A DNA stretch of 64,000 nt, taken from positions 2,632 through 66,631 of the forward strand of contig CAYFLT010000014.1 of NCBI GenBank assembly GCA_964344055.1, read 5' to 3'. Shown one piece after another: positions 18,450-28,371 of this stretch (position 1 is the stretch's first letter; every line of letters starts with the position of its first letter). The notes under the pieces are model-generated. The model saw nothing but the letters and a program-made list of their open reading frames with translations. It was not told where the DNA came from and did not search any database. The position numbers and the translations under genes were made by a program. This DNA is from an uncultured Candidatus Nemicrothrix sp. (GTDB lineage Bacteria; Actinomycetota; Acidimicrobiia; Acidimicrobiales; Aldehydirespiratoraceae).

Positions 18450-18949
18450 TCAAGATCCACGATCTCGAGCCCGCGGAGGGCTCCAACAAGCGCGGCAAGC
18501 GCAAGGCCCGTGGTATCGGCGGCAAGGGCGGCAAGACCGCAGGCCGTGGTACGAAGGGTCAGAAGGCGCGCAACAAGGTGCCCGTCGGCTTCGAGGGTGG
18601 CCAGATGCCCCTCCTGCAGCGGGTGCCGAAGCTGCGTGGCTTCACCAACCCGTTCCGCGTCGAGTACCAGGCCATCAACCTCGACACCATCGCCGAGGCG
18701 ATCGCCGAGTACGACATGTCCGAGATCAGCCCCGAGTCCCTGCTCGAGCACGGTCTCGTTCACAAGGGCGCCCTCGTGAAGATCCTCGGTCGTGGTGAAC
18801 TCACCTCGGCCGTCACCGTGAAGGCCCATGCCTTCTCGAAGTCGGCCGAAGCGGCTATCACCGCAGCCGGCGGTACTGTCGAGAAGCTCGAACTGCCGTG
18901 GGGTGTGCGTCCCTCGCACGGCAGCTACAGCCAACACACCAACCGATGA
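18446..18949 (+). CDS. rplO: 50S ribosomal protein L15
   Basis: ...GRGTKGQKAR...GFEGGQMPL.RR.PK.GF. Confidence 0.95.
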   Translation: MIKIHDLEPAEGSNKRGKRKARGIGGKGGKTAGRGTKGQKARNKVPVGFEGGQMPLLQRVPKLRGFTNPFRVEYQAINLDTIAEAIAEYDMSEISPESLLEHGLVHKGALVKILGRGELTSAVTVKAHAFSKSAEAAITAAGGTVEKLELPWGVRPSHGSYSQHTNR

Positions 18950-19016
18950 TGCTCGGGCACCACAATGGTGCCCGACGCTTCGTCACCCTCGCCGCTCGAT
19001 CACTGGAGACCGCATC

Positions 19017-20345
19017 GTGCTGACACGAGTCCTGAACATGTTCCGGGTCGCCGACCTGCGCGGCAAGATCCTGTTCACGATCCTCATCATCGCCATCTAC
19101 CGGCTGGGCGCGTTCGTGCCCGCTCCTGGGGTCGACGTCGAGGCCGTGCAGCAACTCCGGGACCAAGCCAACCAGGGCGGCATCCTCGGCTTCATGCAGC
19201 TGTTCTCGGGCGGTGCGCTCACCCAGTTCGCGATCTTCGCGCTGGGGATCATGCCCTACATCACATCGTCGATCATCATGCAGATCCTCGGTGTGGTGAT
19301 CCCGAAGATCGAGCAGTGGCAACAGCAGGGCGCGGTGGGTCAGCGCAAGATCACCCAGTGGACCCGCTACCTCACCATCACGATCGCCCTCGTGCAATCG
19401 ACCAGCTTCGCCTTCCTGTTCCACAACGGCGGCATCATCGGCAACCAGCTCGACCTGCTGCCGAAGTTCAACGCCTGGACGGTCTTCGTCGTGGTCCTCA
19501 CCCTCACCAGCGGCACTGCCCTGTTGATGTGGATGGGTGAGCTCATCACCCAGCGGGGAATCGGCAACGGCATGTCGCTGCTGATCTTCGCCAGCGTGGT
19601 GTCGAGCCTCCCCGCCCAGGGTGCGCTCGTGCAGGCCGAGAACGGCACGACGGCACTCATCGCCCTCATCGTCGTCGCGGTCATGCTGCTGGTGGCGATC
19701 GTGTTCGTCGAGCAGGGCCAGCGTCGGATCCCGGTCCAGTTCGCCAAGCGAGTGGTCGGGCGTCGCATGTACGGCGGCCAGAGCACCTACATCCCGCTGA
19801 AGGTCAACCAGTCCGGCGTGATCCCCATCATCTTCGCCAGCTCGGTGCTGTACCTCCCGAACCTGATCGCCGTAGCTCTCCCCAACGAGGGCTGGGGCGG
19901 ATCGATCCAGCGCTGGGTGGACGACCATCTCGCCGATCCGGCAGATCCCGTCTACCTGATCTTCTTCGGCCTGATGATCGTGGGATTCGCCTACTTCTAC
20001 ACGGCCATCAGCTTCGATCCGGCCAAGCAGGCCGACACGATCCGCAAGCAGGGTGGCTTCATCCCCGGCATCCGCCCGGGTCCGCAGACCGAGGTGTACC
20101 TGGCCCGGATCCTCTCGCGCATCACCTTCCCCGGTGCCATGTTCATCGCGGCGGTCGCGTTGGTGCCCTCGATCCTCATCAGCCTCACCCTCGACACGTC
20201 CGGCACGGCCGGCCATGGCGGCGGTGCCGGTGGCTTCGCCTTCGGCGGCATCTCCCTGCTGATCGCCTCAGGCGTGGCGCTCGAGACGATGAAGCAGATC
20301 GACAGCCAGCTGATGATGCGTAACTACGAAGGATTCCTGAAGTAG
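19017..20345 (+). CDS. secY: Preprotein translocase subunit SecY
   Basis: ...DLRGKILFTILIIAIYRLGAFVPAPGVD..., 10 TM pattern. GTG at 19017 with GGAGAC RBS (alternative ATG at 19038). Confidence 0.93.
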   Translation: MLTRVLNMFRVADLRGKILFTILIIAIYRLGAFVPAPGVDVEAVQQLRDQANQGGILGFMQLFSGGALTQFAIFALGIMPYITSSIIMQILGVVIPKIEQWQQQGAVGQRKITQWTRYLTITIALVQSTSFAFLFHNGGIIGNQLDLLPKFNAWTVFVVVLTLTSGTALLMWMGELITQRGIGNGMSLLIFASVVSSLPAQGALVQAENGTTALIALIVVAVMLLVAIVFVEQGQRRIPVQFAKRVVGRRMYGGQSTYIPLKVNQSGVIPIIFASSVLYLPNLIAVALPNEGWGGSIQRWVDDHLADPADPVYLIFFGLMIVGFAYFYTAISFDPAKQADTIRKQGGFIPGIRPGPQTEVYLARILSRITFPGAMFIAAVALVPSILISLTLDTSGTAGHGGGAGGFAFGGISLLIASGVALETMKQIDSQLMMRNYEGFLK

Positions 20346-20351
20346 GTCACC

Positions 20352-20924
20352 ATGAGCGCGCTTCGGATGGTCATTCTCGGTCGGCAGGGATCCGGCAAGG
20401 GCACCCAGTCGCTTCGGATCGCCGAGGCCTATGGCTGTGCCCACGTCTCCACCGGCGACATGTTGCGGGCGGCCATGGCGGCCGGCACCGAACTCGGTAA
20501 GCAGGCGGCAGCGATCGTGAACTCCGGCGCGCTCGTCGGGGACGACGTCATGAACGGGATCGTGTCCGAGCGGCTCGCCGAGGACGACATCGTCAACGGT
20601 GGGGTGCTGCTCGACGGCTTCCCCCGCACGGCGGATCAGGCCGATGCCCTCGAGCGGATGCTCGAGGACCTGGGCCAGTCGCTCACCGTGGCCATCAACC
20701 TCGACGTACCCGTCGAGGAGGTCACCGAGCGGATGCTCGCCCGTCAGCGCGAAGACGACACCCCGGAGGCGATCGCCCAGCGATTGGCTCTCTACGAAGA
20801 CCAGACCGCACCGCTTCTCGACTGGTTCGCGGAGCACGGTCTGCTCGAAACGGTCGATGGCCTCGGCACCGAAGCCGAAGTCTTCGATCGACTGCGCAAG
20901 ACCATCGACAACCGCCTCTCGTGA
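20352..20924 (+). CDS. adk: Adenylate kinase (short-LID type)
   Basis: P-loop GRQGSGKGTQ, ...STGDMLRAA..., LLDGFPRT. Confidence 0.95.
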   Translation: MSALRMVILGRQGSGKGTQSLRIAEAYGCAHVSTGDMLRAAMAAGTELGKQAAAIVNSGALVGDDVMNGIVSERLAEDDIVNGGVLLDGFPRTADQADALERMLEDLGQSLTVAINLDVPVEEVTERMLARQREDDTPEAIAQRLALYEDQTAPLLDWFAEHGLLETVDGLGTEAEVFDRLRKTIDNRLS

Positions 20925-21040
20925 TGCGGTTGCGCCGGGTTGGACGCCCCTACAGCGTCCGGTAGCGTAGTCAACTGGCCTGGCGACAGGTCATCCCGCG
21001 CATGCCAGGGCGGCAGGCGCGTTTTTCAGGAGGTTGAGTC

Positions 21041-21265
21041 CTGCCGAAGCCGAAAGAAGATGCGATCGTCCTCGAGGGCACTGTCACCGAGTCGCTCCCC
21101 AACGCCATGTTCCGTGTCGAGTTGGAGAACGGCCACGAAGTGCTCGCGCACATCAGCGGCAAGATGCGGATGCACTACATCCGCATCCTTCCCGGGGATC
21201 GCGTCCAGGTGGAGCTCACCCCCTACGACCTCCAACGAGGTCGCATCACGTATCGCTACAAGTAG
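21041..21265 (+). CDS. infA: Translation initiation factor IF-1 (apparent CTG start)
   Basis: Hand-translated; not in the ORF track. (L/M)[79 protein letters not shown] sits 7 nt upstream of the CTG at 21041, and there is no in-frame ATG/GTG/TTG. Confidence 0.88.
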   Translation: MPKPKEDAIVLEGTVTESLPNAMFRVELENGHEVLAHISGKMRMHYIRILPGDRVQVELTPYDLQRGRITYRYK

Positions 21266-21339
21266 CCCCCGGCGTCAGTCGGGAGCATCCGGCTGAGGGT
21301 CAGCCGGAAACAACGGCCGCTGGAGCGGCCGGGAGCATC

Positions 21340-21453
21340 ATGAAGGTTCGACCAAGCGTCAAGAAGATCTGTGACAAGTGCAAGGTGATTCGTCGCCACG
21401 GCCGCGTCATGGTCATCTGCGAAAACCCGCGTCACAAGCAGAGGCAAGGCTGA
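21340..21453 (+). CDS. rpmJ: 50S ribosomal protein L36 (zinc type)
   Basis: [37 protein letters not shown]. Confidence 0.93.
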   Translation: MKVRPSVKKICDKCKVIRRHGRVMVICENPRHKQRQG

Positions 21454-21454
21454 A

Positions 21455-21832
21455 ATGGCACGCATCAGCGGCGTAGACATCCCGCGCGAAAAGCAGGTGG
21501 GCATCAGCCTCACCTACATCTACGGCATCGGCCGCACCATCGCCGACAACGTCTGTCAGGCCACCGAGATCGACCCCACCACGCGGGTCCGTGACCTCAC
21601 CGACGACGAGGTCGCCCGGCTGCGCGGCTACATCGACGGCGAGCTGCAGGTCGAGGGTGACCTGCGCCGCGAGGTGTCCCAGGACATCAAGCGCAAGATG
21701 GAGATCGGCTGCTACCAGGGCCTGCGTCACCGCCGTGGCCTGCCGGTCCGTGGTCAGCGCACCCACACCAACGCCCGTACGCGCAAGGGTCCCAAGAAGA
21801 CCGTTGCTGGCAAGAAGAAGGTCAAGAAGTGA
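21455..21832 (+). CDS. rpsM: 30S ribosomal protein S13
   Basis: [13 protein letters not shown]...[20 protein letters not shown]. Confidence 0.97.
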   Translation: MARISGVDIPREKQVGISLTYIYGIGRTIADNVCQATEIDPTTRVRDLTDDEVARLRGYIDGELQVEGDLRREVSQDIKRKMEIGCYQGLRHRRGLPVRGQRTHTNARTRKGPKKTVAGKKKVKK

Positions 21833-21878
21833 GCGTCAGCGAGCGGATTGACTTCGACCAGGAAGTGAAGAAGTAGTC

Positions 21879-22277
21879 ATGGCGAAGCCAGCAGCAGGCG
21901 GACGTCGTCCGCGCAAACGCGAGCGCAAGAACGTCACCCACGGGGTGGCGCACATCAAGAGTTCGTTCAACAACACCATCATCTCGATCACCGATCAGCG
22001 CGGCGACGTCATCGCGTGGGCGTCCGCCGGCAACGTCGGCTTCAAGGGCTCCCGGAAGTCCACCCCGTTCGCGGCCCAGATGGCCGCCGAGCAGGCCGCC
22101 CGTCGGGCGATGGAGCACGGCGTCCGCAAGGTCGACGTCCAGGTCAAGGGCCCGGGCTCCGGTCGTGAGACCGCCATCCGGTCCATCCAGCAGGCTGGCA
22201 TCGAGATCACGGGCATCAAGGACTGCACGCCCATCCCGCACAACGGCTGCCGTCAGAACAAGCGTCGGAGGGTCTGA
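21879..22277 (+). CDS. rpsK: 30S ribosomal protein S11
   Basis: ...[16 protein letters not shown]......[17 protein letters not shown]... Confidence 0.97.
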   Translation: MAKPAAGGRRPRKRERKNVTHGVAHIKSSFNNTIISITDQRGDVIAWASAGNVGFKGSRKSTPFAAQMAAEQAARRAMEHGVRKVDVQVKGPGSGRETAIRSIQQAGIEITGIKDCTPIPHNGCRQNKRRRV

Positions 22278-22280
22278 CAC

Positions 22281-22895
22281 ATGTCGCGATACACCGGACC
22301 GAGGGCGCGCGTTTCGCGCCGCCTCGGCACCAACATCTGGGGCACGAAGGGCGAGACCATCGCCCTCGACAAGCGCCCGTACCCGCCGGGTGAGCACGGC
22401 CGTTCGCGTCGCCGCGGCTCGGTCTCGGAGTACCTGCTCCAGCTCCAGGAGAAGCAGAAAGCCCGCTTCTCCTACGGCCTCACCGAGCGCCAGTTCCGCA
22501 ACCTGTTCGCCGAGGCCAGCCGCCGTCAGGGCGTCACCGGCGAGAACATGCTGCGCTTCCTCGAGCTCCGACTCGACAATGTCGTGTACCGCTGCGGTTG
22601 GGCGGCCACTCGGCCCCAGGCCCGACAGTTCGTGGGCCACGGCCACATCAACGTCAACGGTCGCCGGGTCAACATCCCCAGCTACCGCCTCCGCAAGGGT
22701 GACGTCGTCGAACTGCGCACCGCCGCACGCGACTTCGTCACCGTGCAGTGGAACCTCGATGTGCTCGACCGGCAGCCGCCGGCGTGGCTCGACCGCAACG
22801 ACCAGTTCGAGGTCACCGTCCGCGAGCTGCCGATCCGCGAGCAGATCGACATCCCCGTCCGTGAACAGCTCATCGTCGAGCTCTACTCCAAGTAG
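22281..22895 (+). CDS. rpsD: 30S ribosomal protein S4
   Basis: MSRYTGPRARVSRRLG..., S4 domain RLDNVVYR... Confidence 0.97.
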   Translation: MSRYTGPRARVSRRLGTNIWGTKGETIALDKRPYPPGEHGRSRRRGSVSEYLLQLQEKQKARFSYGLTERQFRNLFAEASRRQGVTGENMLRFLELRLDNVVYRCGWAATRPQARQFVGHGHINVNGRRVNIPSYRLRKGDVVELRTAARDFVTVQWNLDVLDRQPPAWLDRNDQFEVTVRELPIREQIDIPVREQLIVELYSK

Positions 22896-22907
22896 TCGAG
22901 GTACCAG

Positions 22908-23846
22908 ATGCTCGTCATCCAGCGTCCGACCGTCGAGGCCATCGAAGACGCCGAAGGCAACCTGCAGCGGTTCGCGATCGGCCCCCTCGAGCCCGGGTTC
23001 GGTCACACCATCGGCAACTCGCTGCGCCGCACCCTGCTGTCGTCGATCCCCGGCGCCGCAGTCACCCAGGTGCGCTTCGACGACGCCCTCCACGAGTTCG
23101 ACACCATCACCGGTGCGGCCGAGGACGTCACCGACATCATCCTCAACCTGAAGGACCTCGTGCTCGTGGTCCACAGCGAGGAACCCGTCACCCTGCGCCT
23201 CGATGCCCGTGGTCCGTCCGACGTCACCGCGTCCGACATCCAGCCCCACCCTGATGTCGAGGTCCTCAACCGTGACCTCCACGTCGCCACCCTGAACGGC
23301 AAGGGCCGCCTCGCGGTCGACCTCACCGTCCAGACCGGCCGGGGCTATGTGTCGGCGGACAAGAACAACACCAGCTCCACCATCGGTGTCATCCCGATCG
23401 ACTCGATCTACTCGCCCGTGCGACGGGTCGCCTTCGAGGTCGAGTCCACCCGCGTCGAGCAGTCCACCGACTTCGACCGTCTCGTCCTCGAGATCGAGAC
23501 CGACGGCTCCATCAGCCCCCGAGAGGCGCTGGCGTCCGCCGGCGGCACCCTGCGTGCCCTCGTGCAGCTCGTCGAGGAGATGAGCGACGAGCCCCAGGGA
23601 CTCGAGCTCGGTGAAGCGGTCCAGGCTGCCACCGGTGGTCCCGACATGGAGCTCCCGATCGAGGATCTCGAACTCTCCGAGCGTCCTCGCAACTGCCTCA
23701 AGCGTGCCCAGGTCAACACCGTGGGCGAGCTGCTGCAGAAGAGCGAAGACGATCTGCTGGCCATCACCAACTTCGGTCAGAAGAGCCTCGACGAGGTCAT
23801 CGCGAAGCTTGACGAGCGAGGCCTCTCGCTCCGGAACCGAGACTGA
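22908..23846 (+). CDS. rpoA: DNA-directed RNA polymerase subunit alpha
   Basis: ...[29 protein letters not shown]..., C-terminal domain ...[23 protein letters not shown]... Confidence 0.97.
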   Translation: MLVIQRPTVEAIEDAEGNLQRFAIGPLEPGFGHTIGNSLRRTLLSSIPGAAVTQVRFDDALHEFDTITGAAEDVTDIILNLKDLVLVVHSEEPVTLRLDARGPSDVTASDIQPHPDVEVLNRDLHVATLNGKGRLAVDLTVQTGRGYVSADKNNTSSTIGVIPIDSIYSPVRRVAFEVESTRVEQSTDFDRLVLEIETDGSISPREALASAGGTLRALVQLVEEMSDEPQGLELGEAVQAATGGPDMELPIEDLELSERPRNCLKRAQVNTVGELLQKSEDDLLAITNFGQKSLDEVIAKLDERGLSLRNRD

Positions 23847-23848
23847 TC

Positions 23849-24202
23849 ATGCCTGCACGTCCGCGCAAGGGCTCCCGCTTCGGCGGCAGCCCCGCTCACC
23901 AGAAGGCCATGATGGCCAACCTCGTCGCCTCCCTCATCGCCGCGGAGGGGATCGTCACCACCGAAGCCAAGGCCAAGGCCATGCGCCCGGTGGCGGAGAA
24001 GATCATCACCAAGGCCAAGAAGGGCGGCCTGCACAACCACCGCAACGTCGTGAAGTTCCTTCGCGACCGCGAGATGGCCAGCAAGCTGTTTGACGAGATC
24101 GGCCCCCGCTACGAGGACCGACCCGGCGGCTACACCCGCATCATCAAGCTCGGCCCGCGCCCCGGCGACAACGCCCCCATGGCGCGCATCGAACTGGTCT
24201 GA
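23849..24202 (+). CDS. rplQ: 50S ribosomal protein L17
   Basis: ...[33 protein letters not shown]... Confidence 0.96.
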   Translation: MPARPRKGSRFGGSPAHQKAMMANLVASLIAAEGIVTTEAKAKAMRPVAEKIITKAKKGGLHNHRNVVKFLRDREMASKLFDEIGPRYEDRPGGYTRIIKLGPRPGDNAPMARIELV

Positions 24203-24219
24203 TTCTTCGCTGCTAGTTC

Positions 24220-24238
24220 GCCGCACCTTCGGTGCGGC
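24220..24238 (+). terminator. Stem-loop GCCGCACC-TTCG-GGTGCGGC after rplQ
   Basis: 8-bp GC stem with a TTCG tetraloop, 18 nt after the rplQ stop. Confidence 0.6.
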
Positions 24239-24269
24239 TCATACGCAGAGCGCAAGCGGTGACCCGGAA

Positions 24270-24303
24270 GGTCAAACGCTGGGGGACAGGCACCCGTTTG
24301 ACC
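24270..24303. repeat. Hairpin element GGTCAAACG-N16-CGTTTGACC with loop ...ACAGGCACC (related to the elements at 60301 and 62601)
   Basis: Read directly. Shares GGCACCCGTTTGACC with the 62.6-kb copies. Confidence 0.6.
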
Positions 24304-24384
24304 TTGTCGTTGCCTCATGTTGTGGTTGCCCCCATGTCAGTCATGTGACTAACCTCCGGGTCGCTCACTGACCCGGGGGGACTC

Positions 24385-26583
24385 GTGGCGCACTCTGACA
24401 TCGCGTGGATCGACGAGCCGCTCGAGGCCGAACGCGCCGACACGCTGGACCGGCTCGGCGGCAAGGGCACCGCCCTGGCCGAGATGGCCCAACACCTCGA
24501 CCTGCCGGTGCCTCCCGCCTTCGTCATCACGACGGCCGCATGCCGGTCCTACATGAACCACGGCTGGCCCGATGGTCTGGAGGCTCGGATCACCACCGCG
24601 ATGGACGAGCTGGGTCGCCGAGTGGATCGTCGGTTCGGTGACCCCGAGCGCCCCGTCCTCGTCGCGATCCGCAGTGGGGCGCCCGTGTCGATGCCGGGGA
24701 TGATGGACACCGTCCTCAACGTCGGCATCAACCCGGATGTGCGAGATGCACTGGCTCGAGAGACCAGCCGCCCCGAATTCGCCGCTCAGACCTGGCTGCG
24801 GTTCTGTCGGATGTACGCCGAGACCGTGCTCGAGATGGACCGAGACGTCGTCGATGGCGCAGTGGGCGACCCGACGGATGAGACCGGCTACAACGAGGCC
24901 GCCGACCGACTTCGACTCGCGGCAGAGCCCGAAGGGGGCATCCCGCTCGACCCGCAGGCCCAGGTCCGAGGAGCGGTCGAGGCCGTCTTTCGGTCGTGGA
25001 ACTCCGCTCGAGCCCTGCTCTTTCGCGAGGCCGAGGGAATCGACGACCATCTCGGCACGGCGGTGGTCGTCCAGGCGATGGTGTTCGGCAATCTCGACGA
25101 ACACTCGGGTACGGGCGTCGTGTTCACCCGCGATCCCGGAAACGGAGCCGACGAGCCCTACGGGGACTATCTCGCCCGCGCCCAGGGGGAGGACGTCGTG
25201 GCGGGCACGCACGAAGTGCACGGCCTCGATGCCCTGCACCAGGACCTCCCCGAGGTGTACGAAGAACTGCTTGCCGTGTGTCACCGCCTCGAACATCACT
25301 ACCGGGACATGTGCGACATCGAGTTCACGGTTGCGGCCGGGCGGCTCTACATACTGCAGACGCGGGTCGGACGCCGCAGTCCGGAGGCCACCGTACGAAT
25401 CGCGGCCCAGATGGCCGCTGATCCCGACTTTCCGCTCACGAAAGCCGAGGCCGTGGAACGGATCGACCATGAGACGCTCGAGGGCATCTCGACGCTCGCG
25501 ACGGTTGCGGAAGGTGCCGTGCCGTTCGCGAGCGGGATCGCGGCATCGCCCGGTGTCGGCTTCGGCGTCCTCAGCACCGACCCGGACGAAGCTGCCGATG
25601 TGGCCGCGGCCGGCACCCATGTCGTGTTGGCCCGGGCCGAGACGTCGCCCTCCGACGTCCACGGCATGGTGGGAGCGGCCGGCCTGATCACCTCGCTCGG
25701 TGGCTCGGTCAGCCACGCGGCCGTGGTGGCACGGAGTTGGGGCATCCCCGCGGTGACTGGCGCCAGGGAGATCGAGGTCGAACACCGCGGGATCAGGGTC
25801 GGTGACCGGTTCATCGAATCCGGGACCCTGGTGACCGTCGACGGTACGGGCGGTCGGGTGTTCGTCGGTGACCAGCTCGCCGATCACGACCATGATGTGC
25901 CCGAACTCGACCAGCTGCGGCAGTGGGCGGTCGAACTCGGCCTCGAGCTGGGGGAGCACCTCGGGTCGGAGGAGGAGCCCGAGGCCGCCCACCGCGACAT
26001 CGGTCGCTTTGAAGTGATGCGGGCGCTCCAACTGAAGGGCATCGGCTCGATCGATGCGCTGGCCCACGCGCTCGACACCGATCTGGCTGCCGTAGAGGCG
26101 ATCGTCGAGGACCTCGGGGAGTTCGTGCTCTCGACGCCACGAGGTATGGCGGTCGCTCCACCGGGAAGAGAATGGGTCGAGGCCGAGCTCGCATCCGAGC
26201 GGTCGTCGGTCGACGACGAGGTGATCGCGGCTGCCTACGACCGCTTCCTTCCCCTCAACCGAGGATTCAAGGAGTTGGTCACCCACTGGCAGACCAGCCC
26301 CCAGGCCGAGGCGGATCTGGCCCGTGTGACCGGCGCGTTGCAGGAGCTGCACGGATCCTTCCGGCCCATCGTGTCCGAGACGATCGACATCGTGGCCCGG
26401 CTGGCTCCCTACCTCCCGAGGTTCGAACACTCGCTGGAGGCGGTCGCCGGCGGCGACGTGTCGGTGATCGCATCACCGCTGAAGGACAGCTACCACACGG
26501 TCTGGTTCGAGTACCACGAAGAGCTGATCCACCTCATCGGTCGGACCCGGCTCGAAGAGGAACAAGACGAAGCCGGTCACTGA
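24385..26583 (+). CDS. Pyruvate-phosphate-dikinase-like protein: PPDK N-terminal ATP-grasp + phosphohistidine swivel domains, non-canonical ~200-aa C-terminus
   Basis: LGGKGTALAEM, PVPPAFVITT, VAIRSGAPVSMPGMMDTVLNVG and GGSVSHAAVVARSWGIPAV (catalytic His) are present. No PEP/pyruvate TIM-barrel motifs follow ~residue 510. GTG start. Confidence 0.8.
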   Translation: MAHSDIAWIDEPLEAERADTLDRLGGKGTALAEMAQHLDLPVPPAFVITTAACRSYMNHGWPDGLEARITTAMDELGRRVDRRFGDPERPVLVAIRSGAPVSMPGMMDTVLNVGINPDVRDALARETSRPEFAAQTWLRFCRMYAETVLEMDRDVVDGAVGDPTDETGYNEAADRLRLAAEPEGGIPLDPQAQVRGAVEAVFRSWNSARALLFREAEGIDDHLGTAVVVQAMVFGNLDEHSGTGVVFTRDPGNGADEPYGDYLARAQGEDVVAGTHEVHGLDALHQDLPEVYEELLAVCHRLEHHYRDMCDIEFTVAAGRLYILQTRVGRRSPEATVRIAAQMAADPDFPLTKAEAVERIDHETLEGISTLATVAEGAVPFASGIAASPGVGFGVLSTDPDEAADVAAAGTHVVLARAETSPSDVHGMVGAAGLITSLGGSVSHAAVVARSWGIPAVTGAREIEVEHRGIRVGDRFIESGTLVTVDGTGGRVFVGDQLADHDHDVPELDQLRQWAVELGLELGEHLGSEEEPEAAHRDIGRFEVMRALQLKGIGSIDALAHALDTDLAAVEAIVEDLGEFVLSTPRGMAVAPPGREWVEAELASERSSVDDEVIAAAYDRFLPLNRGFKELVTHWQTSPQAEADLARVTGALQELHGSFRPIVSETIDIVARLAPYLPRFEHSLEAVAGGDVSVIASPLKDSYHTVWFEYHEELIHLIGRTRLEEEQDEAGH

Positions 26584-26653
26584 CAGGAAGAGGTGGCCCC
26601 GTCCCCGCTGTCTCACCTTTGGGGACCTGGGTGGTCCGACCTAGCCTCGGGGG

Positions 26654-27338
26654 ATGACGGAGCGGATGGTGCTTCCTCCCCCCGAGGGGTTTGTTCGGAC
26701 GCGGATGACCGTGGCCTACGACGGAACCCCGTTCCACGGCTTCGCGATCAACGACGGCGTCGCGACGATCCAGGGTGAACTCGAGGAAGCCCTCTCCACC
26801 GTCCTTCGCGCGGGTGGCCGCTCGGAGGGTGGTTGAAGGGATGCTCGCGCCGTCGATCGCGGTCCGGGAGTGCTCCGTGGCCCCGGACGACTTCGACGCC
26901 CGCTTCTCCTGCACCGGCCGCAGCTATCGCTATCGAGTTCTCAACACACCGGTTCCGGACCCGCTGGTGGCCAACCTGTCCTGGCACGTGCGTGAGCCGC
27001 TGGACGTCGCGTCGATGCGCGTCGCCTCGGACAGGATCCTCGGCAGTCAGGACTTCACCACCTTCTCGAAGCGCAACAAGTCGAAGCCGGACGAGAATTT
27101 CGTCCGGGAGGTGCGCAGGGCGCAATGGCGATGCACGGGTGACACGGTGCAGTTCGACATCACCGCGAGTGCGTTCACTCACCAGATGGTGCGGAGCCTG
27201 GTCGGGATGTTCGTCGAGATCGGCCGTGGCCGGCGCCGGGCGGTGGACATGGGCCTCGCGCTACGGGCGATGGACCGAGCGGCGGTACCCAGTCCGGCCC
27301 CACCACAGGGGCTCGTTTTCGTCCAGGCTCACTACTGA
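26654..27338 (+). pseudogene. truA: tRNA pseudouridine(38-40) synthase TruA, disrupted (internal deletion + frameshift near 26813-26820; catalytic GRTDAGVHA block absent)
   Basis: N-terminal piece ...TVAYDGTPFHGFA...IQGELEEALSTVLRAG stops at 26836. The remainder (…LAPSIAVRECSVAPDDFDARFSCTGRSYRYRV…HQMVRSLVG…) continues in another frame (track ORFs 26654-26836 and 26775-27338). Confidence 0.8.
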
Positions 27339-27754
27339 TCGCCCTCGTCGGCGGTGCCGTCTTCGTCGTCGGTTGACGGCTGGTCGGGAGCCTGCATCAC
27401 GTCGAACACGTTTCCCTCCAGGTCCTCGCACATCCGCCAGACGAAGCCTTCCCAACCCTGCCGGTCGAGGAGTCGACCACCGAGCTCTTCGATCCGACGC
27501 TCGGCGGCCTCCAGGTCCGGTACCGCGAGGTCGAGGTGGATCCGAGTCTTTCCCGACGGCGGCTCGGGAACCTGCTGGAGCCACACTGTGACCTTGCGGT
27601 CCGGTGGGTAGCCGAGGAACGCGAATTGGTCCTGTTTGGCGGTGATCTCCACCCCGAGGAGGCGGGACCAGAAGTCGGCCATGCCGTCCAGGTCGTTGCA
27701 GTCGATGGTGACTGCCACCATGAGCGGGATGTCGTCGGCTTGGAACGTGGGCAT
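27332..27754 (-). CDS. VOC (glyoxalase/bleomycin-resistance/dioxygenase) family protein
   Basis: ...VAVTIDCNDLDGMADFWSRLLG...RIHLDLAV.DLEAAERRIEELGG..., acidic tail. ATG at 27754. Confidence 0.7.
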   Translation of the reverse strand: MPTFQADDIPLMVAVTIDCNDLDGMADFWSRLLGVEITAKQDQFAFLGYPPDRKVTVWLQQVPEPPSGKTRIHLDLAVPDLEAAERRIEELGGRLLDRQGWEGFVWRMCEDLEGNVFDVMQAPDQPSTDDEDGTADEGDQ

Positions 27755-27902
27755 GCGCGACGGTAGCCCGCACCGATTCGCGGGGAAATCGCGCCGTCCG
27801 ACGATTGTCGTTCCCACCCCCCGCCCGTAGGCTTGTCTCTTGGTCCTGACGCCCGGCTCGGCGCGGACCGACAGATCTTTTCCGAACTTCCGCGGAGGAA
27901 GC

Positions 27903-28358
27903 GTGTCCACCTACACCCCGAAGGCCGGCGACGTCGAACGTTCCTGGCACCTGGTCGATGCCGAGGGTCTCGTCCTCGGCCGTATGGCCACCGAAATCGC
28001 CAACATCCTGCGCGGCAAGCACAAGGCCACCTACACCCCGCACATTGACACGGGCGACCACGTCGTCATCGTGAACGCCGACAAGGTCGTCCTCACGGCC
28101 GGCAAGGCCGAAAAGAAGCTGGTCCACCGCCACAGTGGCTACCCCGGCGGCCTCAAGTCGGAGACCTACGCCGAGAAGATGGCCCGCAAGCCCGAGCAGG
28201 CCGTGCTCGACACCATCCGCGGCATGCTCCCCAAGACCCGCCTCGGTCGGGCGCAGATCTCCAAGCTGAAGGTCTACGCCGGCCCGACCCATCCCCACGA
28301 GGCCCAGAAGCCTCAGCCGCTCGAGATCGCCCACGCCCAGGCCCGGGCCCGCGCCTGA
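27903..28358 (+). CDS. rplM: 50S ribosomal protein L13
   Basis: (V)[43 protein letters not shown] before the GTG at 27903. Confidence 0.93.
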   Translation: MSTYTPKAGDVERSWHLVDAEGLVLGRMATEIANILRGKHKATYTPHIDTGDHVVIVNADKVVLTAGKAEKKLVHRHSGYPGGLKSETYAEKMARKPEQAVLDTIRGMLPKTRLGRAQISKLKVYAGPTHPHEAQKPQPLEIAHAQARARA

Positions 28359-28371
28359 TCAGGAAGTTCTG

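Noticed and set aside
21034-21453. 139-aa track ORF starting at TTG 21034 and covering infA to rpmJ
   Set aside because: It is out of frame with infA over the first 230 nt, giving R/P/H-rich junk. Only its last 38 codons (rpmJ) are real.
24349-26430. 693-aa minus-strand ORF opposite the PPDK-like gene
   Set aside because: The plus strand carries strong PPDK motifs. The minus-strand product is G/R/D/H-rich with no motifs.
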